A stretch of DNA of 64,000 bases from Perkinsela sp. CCAP 1560/9 (GCA_965644495.1 CBFFSA010000001.1:1178001-1242000), one strand, 5' to 3'. Shown: positions 1 through 11,245, counted from the first letter of the stretch. Notes: generated from the letters alone by a model not told the origin. Program-made: numbers and translations.

Positions 1-432
1 AACAACCAACACAATGGGCCAATTGCGTTAAACTCGCTTCCCCCTCATATGAACTACATAGACTTGTCTAATAATCAATTTGGCGGAGCCATTGACCTAA
101 ATACTTTGCCGACAAATATGGTTTTTGTCAACTTGTCTTCTAATTTTTTGACTGGTAATATCGAATTGACGGAAAGACTCCCGAAAAAGTTGCGTCGACT
201 CGACCTACAGCGCAATTTTTTTCATGGTACAGTGGATTTCAGTTGGATGCATGTAAGGAACTCAGGGGATCTTAGCGAGTACGGTCCATCACCGCCCCGT
301 GTAAAACGTAAGGGTGGAAAACGATTGGACCCACGTTTTCTAAGAGTTCACCTTGGAATGAATAATTTTTCGGGATATACCCCTCCTGGAGCTGTGCCTC
401 ATGGAATTCATTGGGGCGCGCAACTTCCATGA
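1..432 (+). CDS. LRR family protein, 5'-truncated by the window edge
   Basis: Frame is open from base 1 (NNQHNGPIALNSLPPHM...). Contains LxxNxFxGxI(D/E)LxxLP repeats. Confidence 0.85.
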   Translation, partial: NNQHNGPIALNSLPPHMNYIDLSNNQFGGAIDLNTLPTNMVFVNLSSNFLTGNIELTERLPKKLRRLDLQRNFFHGTVDFSWMHVRNSGDLSEYGPSPPRVKRKGGKRLDPRFLRVHLGMNNFSGYTPPGAVPHGIHWGAQLP

Positions 433-785
433 GACTTCTGAGTTGAACCTAGATATGCTGCATGAATGTGTTTATTGATTTTGCGTTCCCCTTTTACATT
501 AGACGGGGAGTACTTTGTCCCGCGCGTACTAAATTTTAAGCGCCCCCGGGAAGCTCTCCCCACTTAAGTTTGCTTTTTGCGAAGCATCAGGTGCCCTTAA
601 ACGGGGGGGGCAGTATCGATTTTAATGAATCCCTATCCAGTTAAAGATACTGTACGAACTATGGAATAATAAAAAATCTTTACATTATGTAATGATTTAA
701 TGTAACATGCAACCGATGCATTTATTCGTGTTCCGTAGAACCGAAGCAATTATGGTGCAAGATTTAACTGTTTTTCTTACTTATT

Positions 786-1619
786 ATGCCGCATGCCTAC
801 ACGGCCCTCGCGTCGGATCCCACCCGACGAGCCCGAATACGAACCGCCACTCTCCCCCCTCAATACCAGTTGGATCGGTTTCTAGAGCATATCACCCCGC
901 GACATGCCACGTGGCAGATCCACACCCATGCCTGTTCGTGGGACGGTGTAAGCTGTTCGCTGGACGAGCAGGAAGAGGTAAACAAAATCCAGTGGCAGGG
1001 CCGAAGTCTTCGCGGTGTCCCTGAGTGGAGGTTCCTGCCTGAGACACTCACGTTGCTCAGTCTGGGCACAGAAACTGTACGCGGAAATAAATTACAAGGG
1101 CCCGTTGTCACGGAATGTCTCCCACGGATGCTACAGAGTCTTCTCTTGGATGAGAATTTGTTTACGGGACCCTTGCACGTCGCCGGGCTTCCTCCATGGT
1201 TGAAAAGATTGAGTGTACGCGCCAATAGATTAAACGGGCCACTGATACTGAATGGACTTCCGCGGTATTTGAGAGAGATACAGGCATCACAGAATGAGTT
1301 CTCCGATGAACTGTTGCTTTCAACACTTCCACCATTCGCGCAGTGGGTTTACTTGGATAATAATGCTTTCACCGGTCCGATACAGTTGAATCATCTACCC
1401 ATTGAACTGCAAGAGCTCTCTCTTAGTAAAAACCGTTTTTCGGGGAACTTGGATTTTAGTGGCTTGCCTCCTTCTCTGCGAACACTGATTCTGGGTGAAA
1501 ATTGTTTCGTAGGCTGTGTAGTGTTTCCATTGAATCTCCCACACTTAATGCATTTGGATATCTCGAGGAACGCGGAGCTACGTGTAGAAGGGAATGTTCC
1601 AGAGAATGTGAAACTCTAG
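786..1619 (+). CDS. LRR family protein (CxWxGVxC cap plus ~24-aa LRRs)
   Basis: 277-aa ORF with the cap ACSWDGVSC and repeats such as NAFTGPIQLNHLP and NRFSGNLDFSGLP. Confidence 0.9.
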   Translation: MPHAYTALASDPTRRARIRTATLPPQYQLDRFLEHITPRHATWQIHTHACSWDGVSCSLDEQEEVNKIQWQGRSLRGVPEWRFLPETLTLLSLGTETVRGNKLQGPVVTECLPRMLQSLLLDENLFTGPLHVAGLPPWLKRLSVRANRLNGPLILNGLPRYLREIQASQNEFSDELLLSTLPPFAQWVYLDNNAFTGPIQLNHLPIELQELSLSKNRFSGNLDFSGLPPSLRTLILGENCFVGCVVFPLNLPHLMHLDISRNAELRVEGNVPENVKL

Positions 1620-1641
1620 TCATTTCGTAAGGATCAGAATG

Positions 1642-2179
1642 CATAGCTGCAGGATTATTAATAATTCAGTTCGGTAATAATAATTATTATTAATAAATTA
1701 TTAATAAATTATTATTGGGCTTTTACACTCAAATTTCTCGCCCTTAATTTTGTATCAAACAATATTTTCATGCCGAAAAGGAGCATTGATGGGGATCTCC
1801 TTATGGAGTCGATGCTAATGCTTCGAGCATCACTATATGCACCTCAACCTACGCGGGAAGTAGGAGCCTACGCCTGACGCAGGTAAATGTGCTGTACCAA
1901 CAACAACCCCTTGTGGAGTGCTGATATCGAGGGCCGGGAAATACCAAACTCTGTATTTGTATGATGTGTCGCAACGAAAATGAGCTTTTCTCGTTGTCTT
2001 CCCTGGTGCTGCCATCATACTGCTGCAAATGACGCCGACCATATGTCTACGTGCGAGGGGCTCCTCATGTGTCACTCGCAGCCCCTCGTGTAAATGCATA
2101 TTGAATTATTAATAATATTAATAATTTGATTTTTTGAATAATAATTATTATTATTACAAAAATTATTATTGTAGCTATG
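1642..2179. mobile_element. hAT-type non-autonomous DNA transposon (MITE), 538 bp
   Basis: Exact 8-bp TSD TCAGAATG at 1634-1641 and 2180-2187. Termini CATAGCTGCA / TGTAGCTATG (1 mismatch). (ATT/TAA)n subterminal repeats at both ends. Confidence 0.8.
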
Positions 2180-2252
2180 TCAGAATGTTCTAATGTTTTA
2201 TACACTCTAAACACTTGAATGTATCACGTTGTACCATTGACACAGGTTTTTG

Positions 2253-2372
2253 AGTGAAAAGGACGGCGGATTCGGAACGATTAGGCCGAACAACGGTAGC
2301 ATGCAAAATAAATTTACATTTACACAAATGTACATTCCGAAATAGAGCAAAATACAAGACCTGTAGTGGGTA
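2253..2372. mobile_element. Degenerate solo TIR of the Tc1/mariner-like element at 60597-61303
   Basis: GTGAAAAGGACGGCGGATTCG...TTCCGAAATAGAGCAAAATACAAGACCTGTAG matches 61181-61271 (GTGAAAACGACCGCGGATTCG...TTCCGAAATCAAACAAAATACAAGACCTGTAG). Confidence 0.65.
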
Positions 2373-2488
2373 CATGTCGCTGAACATCGCCGTATACTTG
2401 TTCTCACTGTATGTTAAAGCACCGATCGGTTTTTTTCACTATCATGCAAAGAAGTTAAAGTACCTTTTTTTCACTATTAACCAGTTAA

Positions 2489-3493
2489 ATGTCTACTGTT
2501 CGAGCATCCAAAGTACATAAATCGATTCTTGCTCCGGAATATCACCTTGCTCGTCTTATTGCGAATGTCTCCAACCCAGATATTTCTTGGAAAATAGAAA
2601 ATTCTGCTGCACATTGGATGGGTGTTCGCCTGGACCATAACAGTAACGTTTTTGAACTCAATTGGAGGCATCGGGGTATAAAGGGACAAATGTTTTTTGA
2701 GTTTCTTCCTAACACGGTGCAAAAGATCCGGTTAGAACATAATTTCCTGACCGGGCCCATAAGTATCGGACTTGCCGCTGAAAAACTCGAGCGAGCTTAT
2801 CTAGATTACAATCTATTAAGTGGGGAAATTATCTTAGGCGAGCTTCCACGTGCAATGAAGCATTTTTGGGTCAGATTCAATCAGTGCGCCGGAAAGCTTG
2901 ACTTGACTACGCTGCCTCCTATGATGAAAGATTTGTTGCTAGATGGAAACGATTTTTCAGGTACTATCTTTTTTGGATCACTTCCCCCTACTCTATCGCA
3001 GCTTTTTTTGGACCACAACAGACTAAATGGGGAGCTTGACTTGGGATTCCTTCCGCAAGAGTTAGAAACTTTGTCTTTGCACAACAACTCTTTTACAGGG
3101 GTGCTAAATTTCTCGCACTTGCCTAAGAATATGCGACAGTTAGCCCTTGCAAGGAATCAGTTTAAAGGAGATGTTGACATTTCGCACCTATCGAAGATTT
3201 ATTTTCTTTCGCTTTTTGAGAACCAACTTATGGTATATGTCGACAAACCGCAAGTTTCAGAAACGTTGAAAAGGATTTGTGTATACGATCCGCCTATGCA
3301 ATTTTTACAGGTAAAGGACCTCCCAGGAAGGATTACAAGGTGGGATACGGCCTCCAATGTATGGTACGCATACGAGGGTTCACCTCCTGAAGAGTTGTGC
3401 AGAGAAATGAAATCTAATGAATCAACACGCTTTTCTAAGGAGCAGTGGTGGACGCCCTTGGACGCCGATCTTTGGCATACTTTTGATACGTAA
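2489..3493 (+). CDS. LRR family protein with a C-terminal extension
   Basis: 334-aa ORF with ~7 NxFxGxLDLxxLP repeats. The cap cysteines are lost (AAHWMGVRL). Confidence 0.9.
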   Translation: MSTVRASKVHKSILAPEYHLARLIANVSNPDISWKIENSAAHWMGVRLDHNSNVFELNWRHRGIKGQMFFEFLPNTVQKIRLEHNFLTGPISIGLAAEKLERAYLDYNLLSGEIILGELPRAMKHFWVRFNQCAGKLDLTTLPPMMKDLLLDGNDFSGTIFFGSLPPTLSQLFLDHNRLNGELDLGFLPQELETLSLHNNSFTGVLNFSHLPKNMRQLALARNQFKGDVDISHLSKIYFLSLFENQLMVYVDKPQVSETLKRICVYDPPMQFLQVKDLPGRITRWDTASNVWYAYEGSPPEELCREMKSNESTRFSKEQWWTPLDADLWHTFDT

Positions 3494-3856
3494 TTCCAAA
3501 CTTGTGAGTGAAGCAAATCAGCAATTTCAATGCAGTCTATTTTCGGCCCAAAGGAAACTCAAAAAATGACTTGTATTATCTTAGCACATTGAGTTCTGTA
3601 TTTACTCTGTAATAAGCTCGGTTCGGTATTTTGAGGTATTTTGATCGGGTCGTTCTTGGGGGACCTGATTTTTTAACGTTGCTAAAGGATCCACAAACAT
3701 CCTTGTGTCCTACGTTTCATTAATTCTCGACGTATGTAGCCCATTGCTTGCTCAGCAAGGCGTTTTCGCTTTCACTTTACATGCGCTCAGTTTCTTTTTT
3801 ATTTTACTAAATTGTTTTAAAACTGCAAGGAGCGTGATCAACGCGATTAATCCAAT

Positions 3857-6532
3857 ATGAATACGGCCGTTGACAAACCAAGATTGCTAGGCAAGGATTC
3901 TGCTTCGCATCTGTTCTGTCCTCCAAGCAAGAAGATACGTGGTAAAAAATTATCAAATGTGCCTGATGAAAAAGACGGTGAAAGGGGTAGAGCACAGAGC
4001 TGCTGTACGAAATACACCTATGAGGAGGCAGTATCACGCTGTCCTTTCGTGGATCGAGACCACTACTCTGTCATTATCCGGCACGATTGTGCTCTGCTTG
4101 ATGGTAATGGCAAGGTCGTATGTGTTGTGATACGAGAGGCGTATCCCGAATATGTCGCGCTCGCTGCAGATCGCATTCTCTCGCCCGCCGCTTCCCGCTC
4201 CTCCCTACGTGCCGGGATGTATGGTGGAGAATCCCCCCTTAGCGGAATTGCGGGATATTATGACTACTTTGGTAGCCCTATTGAGTACAAATGTCGCAAA
4301 ACGGCCTTTACGGATGAAAATGTCAAGGAGTGGCCTACCGTGTTTCCATTGGTGGAGTATGCGAACCGAATTTACCAGCAGGCGTGTCCGACACACTGGG
4401 AGGCACAGAATCGAGCCATACCGGATCTCGTGCGGATTCGCGGCACAGTGTTTAGCACATTAACTATTAATGAGCGGTTTCGCACTGCTCGGCACACCGA
4501 CGCGGGGGACTTTGATGCAGGGCTCGGTATGATTTCGGTGGTGCGCGGGGAGTACGGCGGACTCTGCCTCGGGTTTCCCGACTTTAAAGTTTGCGTGGAT
4601 TTGAGACCGCGGGACATGATGCTTTTTAATACTCATTTTTTTCATTGCAATACGGAGCTCGAGGTACCGCCGTCCTTGGTGTCCTCCTGGCATCGTCTCT
4701 CTTGTGTGTTTTATTACCGTGCGAATTTGGGCGGTCCCACGTGCCTGGAGAACTACGCAAGAAGATTGGAGGCGCACAAGGGCAAGGTCCACGTGGAGCT
4801 AACGCCCACGGAGAATGGAACAAATTTAAACAAGTCGGAAGAGGTGGTGGCGGATCCATTGACGCCTGGAACTCTTTTGCTTGGTTGGGCGAGGATACAT
4901 GTTTCTCCGGAGTCTTTAGCTTTGTACGCACTTTTCGACGAGTTTTTGAATGTTAATCGTCCGTCGTGGTGTAGAAACACGCCTCACCTTGCTCCACGTC
5001 CCTCAGAAGACGTGCAAAGCCAAAAAGAATTGTTAGAGGGGTCGCGCAAGGATGTCACGAGCGGATTCTCTGAGACATCTTTTACTGAAGAGAGTCCCGA
5101 TGTTCTAGCCAACATTGAGCAGTTTAAGCTCCCTGACGAGCTTATGGCTTTATGGACGGATTCACGTGATGGATTCTTAACTAGCGTGGCGTCGGACTGG
5201 AAAAGAATGTGTTTACGTAACCCCGATCGACTTGATTTCACGTGGGATAATAAAGGCAAGACAAACAAAGCATTCTTTGACCTGTGCGATGTGGCGGTCG
5301 GTATGATGAAAGCGATTCTTGTTGAAGACGAAGTAACAAAGGCGCAACGGACGTCTTTCTTTGGGGCACTTGCCGTTCATCTGTTTCGTGCGTGCGCAGT
5401 GGAGCTTAACATGCCGAAAACAGCTATGTCGCTCCGAAAGCTCAACGTGAAGATTAAGGACTATGAATTTGGTGGAACAAGGTACTTCAAGGATATGCCA
5501 CCTGAGGAGCAGGAACGTCGCCGCGTGCGGCAAATGCGAATCGAACAAGCCAGTAAATTAAGTCGAGTAAAAAGCGACAATTGGTTATTAAAGGATGGGT
5601 ATGACTACCAAACCGAGGATTCTGAAGTTTCATATGATGAGAAAAATCCATCTCCACAAAACTTTTTTCGGGAGCGGTCGCTGTGCTTTAGAGCAGCTCC
5701 CAGAACAGATTTGTTGAATGGTTGTAAGTCTACTACACAAGTTTTGGCATCTGCGTGCAATCTCATTCAAAGTGAGATAAAGAAAGAGACGGCGATGCAA
5801 GAAACCTCAGTACCTGCTACTGCGACGAAAGCTCGAATTTTGTTAATACGTGGTAGTGAACCTAACTATAATTTTACTGCTGTGGGGCAAGACGTGTACA
5901 CTAAATTGGAGGAAGGTTCAGAAATGTTCTACCCGGTCCGAAGTGAGGTAGAACGATTGCTTCTAGCATACCAGAAACAAGTTGAAGCACACAGTAGTAC
6001 GCATTGGGAGTCAACTTCTTGCACCGAAGTCATAGAAGTAGGAATTTCGGATTTACTTGAAATGTGCAACCACCAAGAGAGTACCGGGTCTTCGGAGACT
6101 TTTCACCGCTTGAGTTCTGTTGATTTCATTGTTGCAATACGAACTGCATCTTTTTTGCCGCTAGCTTCTCTACACACTCTGTTTCATTTCCTCGTGGGAC
6201 TTAATAAACCGCTGATTTTCGACAGTTTTGTTGGGGATGATCCAAAGCACTTTCTTTTAGAAACTCGTACAAGGGAAGCATACGAGGCCGCAGTTCATCG
6301 GTTGATGCCCATTATCACCAGGGTCACAGAGACTTCTTCACCGGGAACTTGGTCCTGTAGCCGCTGGTGCTGTTGGTTGCAGCAACATGGTTGGATAGTG
6401 CTGGGTAATTACCTTGTGACCGGAGCCGCTCTGAACGATACATTCTTCTCCCTTATTCCTCAAAACGTAGTGGGCGAGGCGCGAAATGTCAAATCTGACG
6501 AATCTCTGAAAGAAGACCTACAAAACCAGTAG
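3857..6532 (+). CDS. JBP1: J-binding protein 1 (thymidine dioxygenase plus base-J DNA-binding domain)
   Basis: TET/JBP 2OG-Fe(II) motifs SGIAGYYDY, CRKT, RHTDAGDF (HxD), FHCNT and RLSCVFYYR. The J-recognition helix RKLNVKIKDYEFGGTRYFKDMPPEEQ is present. Confidence 0.95.
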   Translation: MNTAVDKPRLLGKDSASHLFCPPSKKIRGKKLSNVPDEKDGERGRAQSCCTKYTYEEAVSRCPFVDRDHYSVIIRHDCALLDGNGKVVCVVIREAYPEYVALAADRILSPAASRSSLRAGMYGGESPLSGIAGYYDYFGSPIEYKCRKTAFTDENVKEWPTVFPLVEYANRIYQQACPTHWEAQNRAIPDLVRIRGTVFSTLTINERFRTARHTDAGDFDAGLGMISVVRGEYGGLCLGFPDFKVCVDLRPRDMMLFNTHFFHCNTELEVPPSLVSSWHRLSCVFYYRANLGGPTCLENYARRLEAHKGKVHVELTPTENGTNLNKSEEVVADPLTPGTLLLGWARIHVSPESLALYALFDEFLNVNRPSWCRNTPHLAPRPSEDVQSQKELLEGSRKDVTSGFSETSFTEESPDVLANIEQFKLPDELMALWTDSRDGFLTSVASDWKRMCLRNPDRLDFTWDNKGKTNKAFFDLCDVAVGMMKAILVEDEVTKAQRTSFFGALAVHLFRACAVELNMPKTAMSLRKLNVKIKDYEFGGTRYFKDMPPEEQERRRVRQMRIEQASKLSRVKSDNWLLKDGYDYQTEDSEVSYDEKNPSPQNFFRERSLCFRAAPRTDLLNGCKSTTQVLASACNLIQSEIKKETAMQETSVPATATKARILLIRGSEPNYNFTAVGQDVYTKLEEGSEMFYPVRSEVERLLLAYQKQVEAHSSTHWESTSCTEVIEVGISDLLEMCNHQESTGSSETFHRLSSVDFIVAIRTASFLPLASLHTLFHFLVGLNKPLIFDSFVGDDPKHFLLETRTREAYEAAVHRLMPIITRVTETSSPGTWSCSRWCCWLQQHGWIVLGNYLVTGAALNDTFFSLIPQNVVGEARNVKSDESLKEDLQNQ

Positions 6533-6659
6533 ACCTTTTTCACTTCTGGTGCTTTGACTATCCATTGACTTGCTTTCGGGGCATCTTTTTATTCTTCTTT
6601 TTCTTTTGCTACAACTCGATGTTTCACTTCCTCTATTCTCTATGCGCACGTAGCACATT

Positions 6660-7990
6660 TTTCTTGTCTCACCTCTCTCTCTCTCTTTCATGCCTACATC
6701 TACGCACACCTCACCCCCATCCTGACCTCCACCACTCCTCTCCCAGCCCTCTCCCCATGCTCTTCCGTTCCCTCGCCCACTCCACCCCCAGCCGCCGCCC
6801 CAAACGCCACATCCTCCGCATGTACATCCCCGGGGAGGTCAACCCCCTCAGCAAACCCTCCCCCCTCGACCCCGGCGTCCTCCAAGTCGTCTCCGTCCCC
6901 ATTGGCAACCTGAAAGACTTCACCCTCCGCGCCCTCGACGTCCTCAAAAACGTCGACTACATTGTCTGCCACAACAAGAGCCACACCCGCGTGATGCTCG
7001 ACCTGATCGAGATCCCCTACGACGGCCGTCTGCTCCAGCTCCAGCCCGCCCACCCCCCCGCGCTCTCCCGTCTCCTCCGGCTCCTCCGTGAGGGCCGCAC
7101 CCTGGCGCTCGTCCCCAACAGCGGCACCCCCACCTTCGGGGACCCCACCGCCCCGCTGATCGCCGCCGCCCACCGTGCCAGGCTCCGGGTCAGTGTCGTC
7201 CCCGGGGCCTGCAGCGTAACCGCGGCCCTCACGCTCTCCGGGCTGGACTACGCGGCCCACGGGTACCACTTCCACGGGTACCTGCCGGCCCGGGAGGGGG
7301 CCCGGGCCCGGGCGCTGCGGGGGGCGCTGGTCGGGGTCCCGGGGGTGGGGGTGTTCTTCGAGGCGGTGGAGCGGCTCGCGGGGTGTCTGCGGGCGGTGGC
7401 GGGGGTGGTCCCGGAGGCACGGGTCGCGGTGGTGCATGAGGTGACGAAGGTGTATGAGGGGGTGCACGTCGGGGGGGCGCCCGAGGTGGCGCAGTTCTAC
7501 CACCGCGCGGAGACCGCGGTGGCGCAGCAGAAGGGGGAGTGTGTGGTGTGTGTGGAGGGGGGGGTGGGGGCGGGGGGGGAGAGGGGGCACGGGGGGTTCG
7601 CGGCGCTGGAGGTGCAGCGGCATGTGGCGACGTTGGTGAGGGCGGGGTATGCGGTGGGGAGTGCGGTGCCGGTGGCGGCGATGAATTTGGAGGTGCCGAT
7701 TCCGGTGGTGAGGAGGGTGGTGCAGGAGGAGATGGGGAGGTTGGGGTTGGAGGGGTGGAGTCGGAAGTATGGGGAGGAGGGGGAGGAGGAGGTGTTGGTT
7801 CCCGTGCGTAGGGGGGAGAGACGGGGGGAAAGGGGTGAGGTTGCGGGGGTGCTGCCGCTTGGGGAGACAACGGACTTGTCAAGAGGGGAGGAAAGCGGAG
7901 AGGGGTCTGCGGGGATTGAGCGAGAAGAGAAACCGAAAAAGAAGGTAGACGAGGCGAGGCTACAACGACGAAGAGCGAGGAGGGAGCGGT
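6660..7990. other. GC-rich island with a C-rich to G-rich strand-skew flip (switch ~7200-7300)
   Basis: C runs dominate 6700-7200 and G runs dominate 7300-7900 on the + strand. Confidence 0.9.
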
Positions 7991-8067
7991 ACAGACGACT
8001 TCGTCAGGTCGTTAAGTCAAAGTTAGCGCTTCTACGTCTTCAAGCAGGGTCTAATCCAGAGTCGTAG
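6757..8067 (+). CDS. RsmI-like tetrapyrrole/rRNA methyltransferase, probably mitochondrial
   Basis: VVSVPIGNLKDFTLRALDVLKNVDYIVC, SGTPTFGDP, VVPGACS, GYLP and HEVTKVYE match the RsmI family. Start placed at the ATG at 6757 (MLFRSLAH, presequence-like). Confidence 0.85.
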   Translation: MLFRSLAHSTPSRRPKRHILRMYIPGEVNPLSKPSPLDPGVLQVVSVPIGNLKDFTLRALDVLKNVDYIVCHNKSHTRVMLDLIEIPYDGRLLQLQPAHPPALSRLLRLLREGRTLALVPNSGTPTFGDPTAPLIAAAHRARLRVSVVPGACSVTAALTLSGLDYAAHGYHFHGYLPAREGARARALRGALVGVPGVGVFFEAVERLAGCLRAVAGVVPEARVAVVHEVTKVYEGVHVGGAPEVAQFYHRAETAVAQQKGECVVCVEGGVGAGGERGHGGFAALEVQRHVATLVRAGYAVGSAVPVAAMNLEVPIPVVRRVVQEEMGRLGLEGWSRKYGEEGEEEVLVPVRRGERRGERGEVAGVLPLGETTDLSRGEESGEGSAGIEREEKPKKKVDEARLQRRRARRERYRRLRQVVKSKLALLRLQAGSNPES

Positions 8068-8299
8068 CCCGGTCTGTAGTAGGAATTTCGATGAGTTATT
8101 TCCTATTTCGTTTTGGTCATGTTCTTATATTGTGTTCTTATACATATTTTTGTGTTCTTGTTTTCGAAAACTACAGAACTAGGGTAGAAACTTTTTGTCG
8201 TTTGATAGCAAGGCAGGTTTTTCATATTCCTTTTTCATGAACTTCTTAGGTTCCGCAGTGGGAAAACCAGCGCAATTTCGATACCAAGGTCAGTAAATT

Positions 8300-11245
8300 A
8301 TGAATCGACTGACACGTGAGGAGCACCAGACGCTCTTCCGTACACTTATTCACATACCACAAGCCCAGGAAGGAATGTTCCTTGAGCGAAGCACATTACA
8401 AAACTATCAGCTCTCCCCTCTCCTGTACCTTCGATGGTGGGCATTTCGCCCTACTCACTGCGCCTCGTGCCAACAAAATGAGAAATGGGTGCCCGGAACG
8501 GATGATGTTTTATATTCCTGTCCTTGCTGCTTCTCCGATGTACACGCACCCCAGCAATACGGAACTGAGACGGATTTCGACGAAAACAACGATTCGGCGC
8601 CCGCCCACTCGGACTACTATGGAGCCAGTGAGTTTGCCGACACGGAGAATGTACAATCAATCGATCACGCAGAGCTTTTCGAAGCTCTTGACAACTTTCG
8701 ACTCGGCGTTTTGGAGTGGCATGTAGAGCATAAGGGTTCAGAGGTTGCAAAGCTTGATCATGTCAGTACTCCAGGACATTGCACGAGCGACCTTCGACTA
8801 CCTACGGGCTACAAACAGGAGTTCGAAAGTACAGCACTTCCAATCTTTACTTTACGCCAAGGATTTCTTGCCGGGCAAGTCCCTTGCTCATGGACTCAAT
8901 ATCCGGATCTTCTTAGAGCATTCTGCTCATACGCCTCCCAGCGTGGCGTTAGTCCACTTGCCACAGTTTCTGGGGGATCTTGCGCGCCCCTATTATGCTT
9001 CTTTCACATTATACACCCTTTCGGAATTATGAGCTACGCCGCCTTGAGAAGAGTTGTACAGCACATTGACTTGCAACGAAAAATGTGTACAATAGATGAT
9101 AGTGCGCCACATGATAGCTCTATCGGTATGCAGAGCTGGGATGTCCCGTTTTCCTCTATGGATGCGACGAGCCCATTGCCTAGTATTGTACACAATGAAT
9201 CTACACCAGGTGCCGAACTTTACCCTATCATTGCGCTCCCTACCCATACTTTTGAACCGTTTTCAGAGAAAGATGCATTTCCGTTGCTCAAGCAGCTTGC
9301 TACACAAGTAGCGCTTTCTCCATGTATCCTAAACATAGACACTCCTGAAATTGCACTGATTTGCTCCTCCAACGCGAAAGTCTTTCTTCAAAACCCAGCG
9401 TCCAATCTAGAAATCGCCCCGGATGATTTCGCAGCATGCACATTGTTAACCGTGTTGTTGCACGTCAGAGTTTCAGTTTCGGAATTCACGCCATTTCGAG
9501 AAACATTCATATTCTATGGCGCGATAGGTCGCTGGATCGAGGCACACATGGCTGCCATTCGTACAAACATGTTCAACGCGACCGAAAAATGCGAGAAATA
9601 CTCAATGCGCGCTACTGAGCTGGAAGTTCCACATATTTTCCCTGAATTATACATAAATTTCGCTTTATACATCCTGGCGTGGAGACTTGGAACTACGGTT
9701 CATCGCCTGGTATTCATTTGGAAGCGCAGCGGGACACTTCCTCAAGCATACGTTGGAGATTTCGAATTACGTACGAGGGCTCTCTTTCTTCATCAGAACT
9801 GCACACCCCATGTGGAACGCTCCTTCGTAAACTTCACTCCCATTAATTTACTCCATAAATTGGAATTGAACAAGTCGGACTGGAATACATTTGTGTGCTT
9901 GCTTTTTGATCCACGGTTAGTAGCCCACGATAGAGCCGTGCAAGATTCCAATGTCTATTCATTGAAGAAAGTAGGGACTGAAAACATGGAGTATCTGATG
10001 GAGCGAAATCAAAAACTGATTCAGTTGCTTACTCAATACGACCAGCCCTGCGTTAGAACGCACTACAGGCGTCTTCGCGTACGTGGGATTCACACTTCTG
10101 CTATCGATTTTCTTCCCGAGTCCGTTTTTCCTCACTCTTCTGCACGTATAGAGTCTCCTCCTGGAGGGAACTCACGTCAGAAGCATGTTGTATTGGAGGC
10201 ACTATACAACATGCCCCTTCCACATGATTCACTACATCGAAAGTCTCCTGTCTTTTATCGTTCTCTTGGCGGTGACAAAAATTTTCTTATCGTGTGGATG
10301 CCACATTTACGTCAGTGGCGCATCCTTCGTGAGCTTGACATTAGTGAACCGTCTGGAATAGACATTGGAGTGAAATTTGGACATTATCTTTCGGATTTCG
10401 TCGTCCTGTCTACTTCTCTTGGTAGGTATAGCAGTGAGCAACGGTGTCCCTCAGAGATGGAGCGTTGGGATTGTGAAGTTCTTGAAATTGAAATTCTGCC
10501 TGATCCTGTTACCGTGATCTCTTCAAGTTGGCCAGAGGTTCTTACCCCTTATTGTCGTACAGAGCTTTCGCTGACACGATGTAGGATTTTCAAATTCCTC
10601 AACTCTCTTTTTGAGACCGACGGGGCTAGTAATTCATTGTTCAGTCAGCTTTCACAGGCTACCTACCCTGAGAAATTACTGGAATTAGTTCGTCAATATA
10701 CTGAATCCGAAGGTCGTAGTCCTCTGGATATTATTCGGATGGGTATATTTAGCGATGGGAAGAATGAAGTCCTTACCCCACTTTGGCAGAGTCTAGTTCG
10801 TGAATATTACAACGTTAAGGCACAGCCCTCAAACACAATTGAAAATGAGAACCAAGGATTATCCAAAGACGCTAAAAAATTAAATGAAGGTTCGCCGACA
10901 ACAAACTCAAAGGAGAATCTTTTAGTTGAAACACCTCCGCTAGCTGTCCCAGAGAAAATTAAAGATTACCTTCGACTACCAAGGTACGAATACTACGAAA
11001 AAAGTAACAACGAGCTGTTGGAAATAGCTATGAGTCTAGATGATTTTCTTTCTAAGAAGTTTTCCAGCCGAAATTTAGCAGAATTGCAATCTTTACGTTC
11101 TTATTATGAGGAGCTCGTGCGTTTATCTGGTTCGAGCGCAAATAATTCACGGTTTGCCAAAGGTGGTACGCACGTGGAAATAGGTTCTAGGCACGGTCTC
11201 ATATCTCAAATACGGAGCATCTTGGATTTTATACACAATGTATAA
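8300..11245 (+). CDS. Hypothetical protein, 981 aa
   Basis: Long ORF. Possible Zn site CASC...CPCC near the N-terminus. No family recognised. Confidence 0.8.
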   Translation: MNRLTREEHQTLFRTLIHIPQAQEGMFLERSTLQNYQLSPLLYLRWWAFRPTHCASCQQNEKWVPGTDDVLYSCPCCFSDVHAPQQYGTETDFDENNDSAPAHSDYYGASEFADTENVQSIDHAELFEALDNFRLGVLEWHVEHKGSEVAKLDHVSTPGHCTSDLRLPTGYKQEFESTALPIFTLRQGFLAGQVPCSWTQYPDLLRAFCSYASQRGVSPLATVSGGSCAPLLCFFHIIHPFGIMSYAALRRVVQHIDLQRKMCTIDDSAPHDSSIGMQSWDVPFSSMDATSPLPSIVHNESTPGAELYPIIALPTHTFEPFSEKDAFPLLKQLATQVALSPCILNIDTPEIALICSSNAKVFLQNPASNLEIAPDDFAACTLLTVLLHVRVSVSEFTPFRETFIFYGAIGRWIEAHMAAIRTNMFNATEKCEKYSMRATELEVPHIFPELYINFALYILAWRLGTTVHRLVFIWKRSGTLPQAYVGDFELRTRALFLHQNCTPHVERSFVNFTPINLLHKLELNKSDWNTFVCLLFDPRLVAHDRAVQDSNVYSLKKVGTENMEYLMERNQKLIQLLTQYDQPCVRTHYRRLRVRGIHTSAIDFLPESVFPHSSARIESPPGGNSRQKHVVLEALYNMPLPHDSLHRKSPVFYRSLGGDKNFLIVWMPHLRQWRILRELDISEPSGIDIGVKFGHYLSDFVVLSTSLGRYSSEQRCPSEMERWDCEVLEIEILPDPVTVISSSWPEVLTPYCRTELSLTRCRIFKFLNSLFETDGASNSLFSQLSQATYPEKLLELVRQYTESEGRSPLDIIRMGIFSDGKNEVLTPLWQSLVREYYNVKAQPSNTIENENQGLSKDAKKLNEGSPTTNSKENLLVETPPLAVPEKIKDYLRLPRYEYYEKSNNELLEIAMSLDDFLSKKFSSRNLAELQSLRSYYEELVRLSGSSANNSRFAKGGTHVEIGSRHGLISQIRSILDFIHNV

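Noticed and set aside
527-615. Small MITE downstream of the first LRR gene
   Set aside because: Only a loose TTTAAG(C/G)GC(C/A)CC inverted match; too degenerate to call.
6700-7882. Long antisense or alternate-frame Pro/Gly-rich ORFs here and at 13733-14113, 23967-24648 and 54552-55674
   Set aside because: These are by-products of extreme GC skew and stop-codon scarcity, overlapping well-supported genes.
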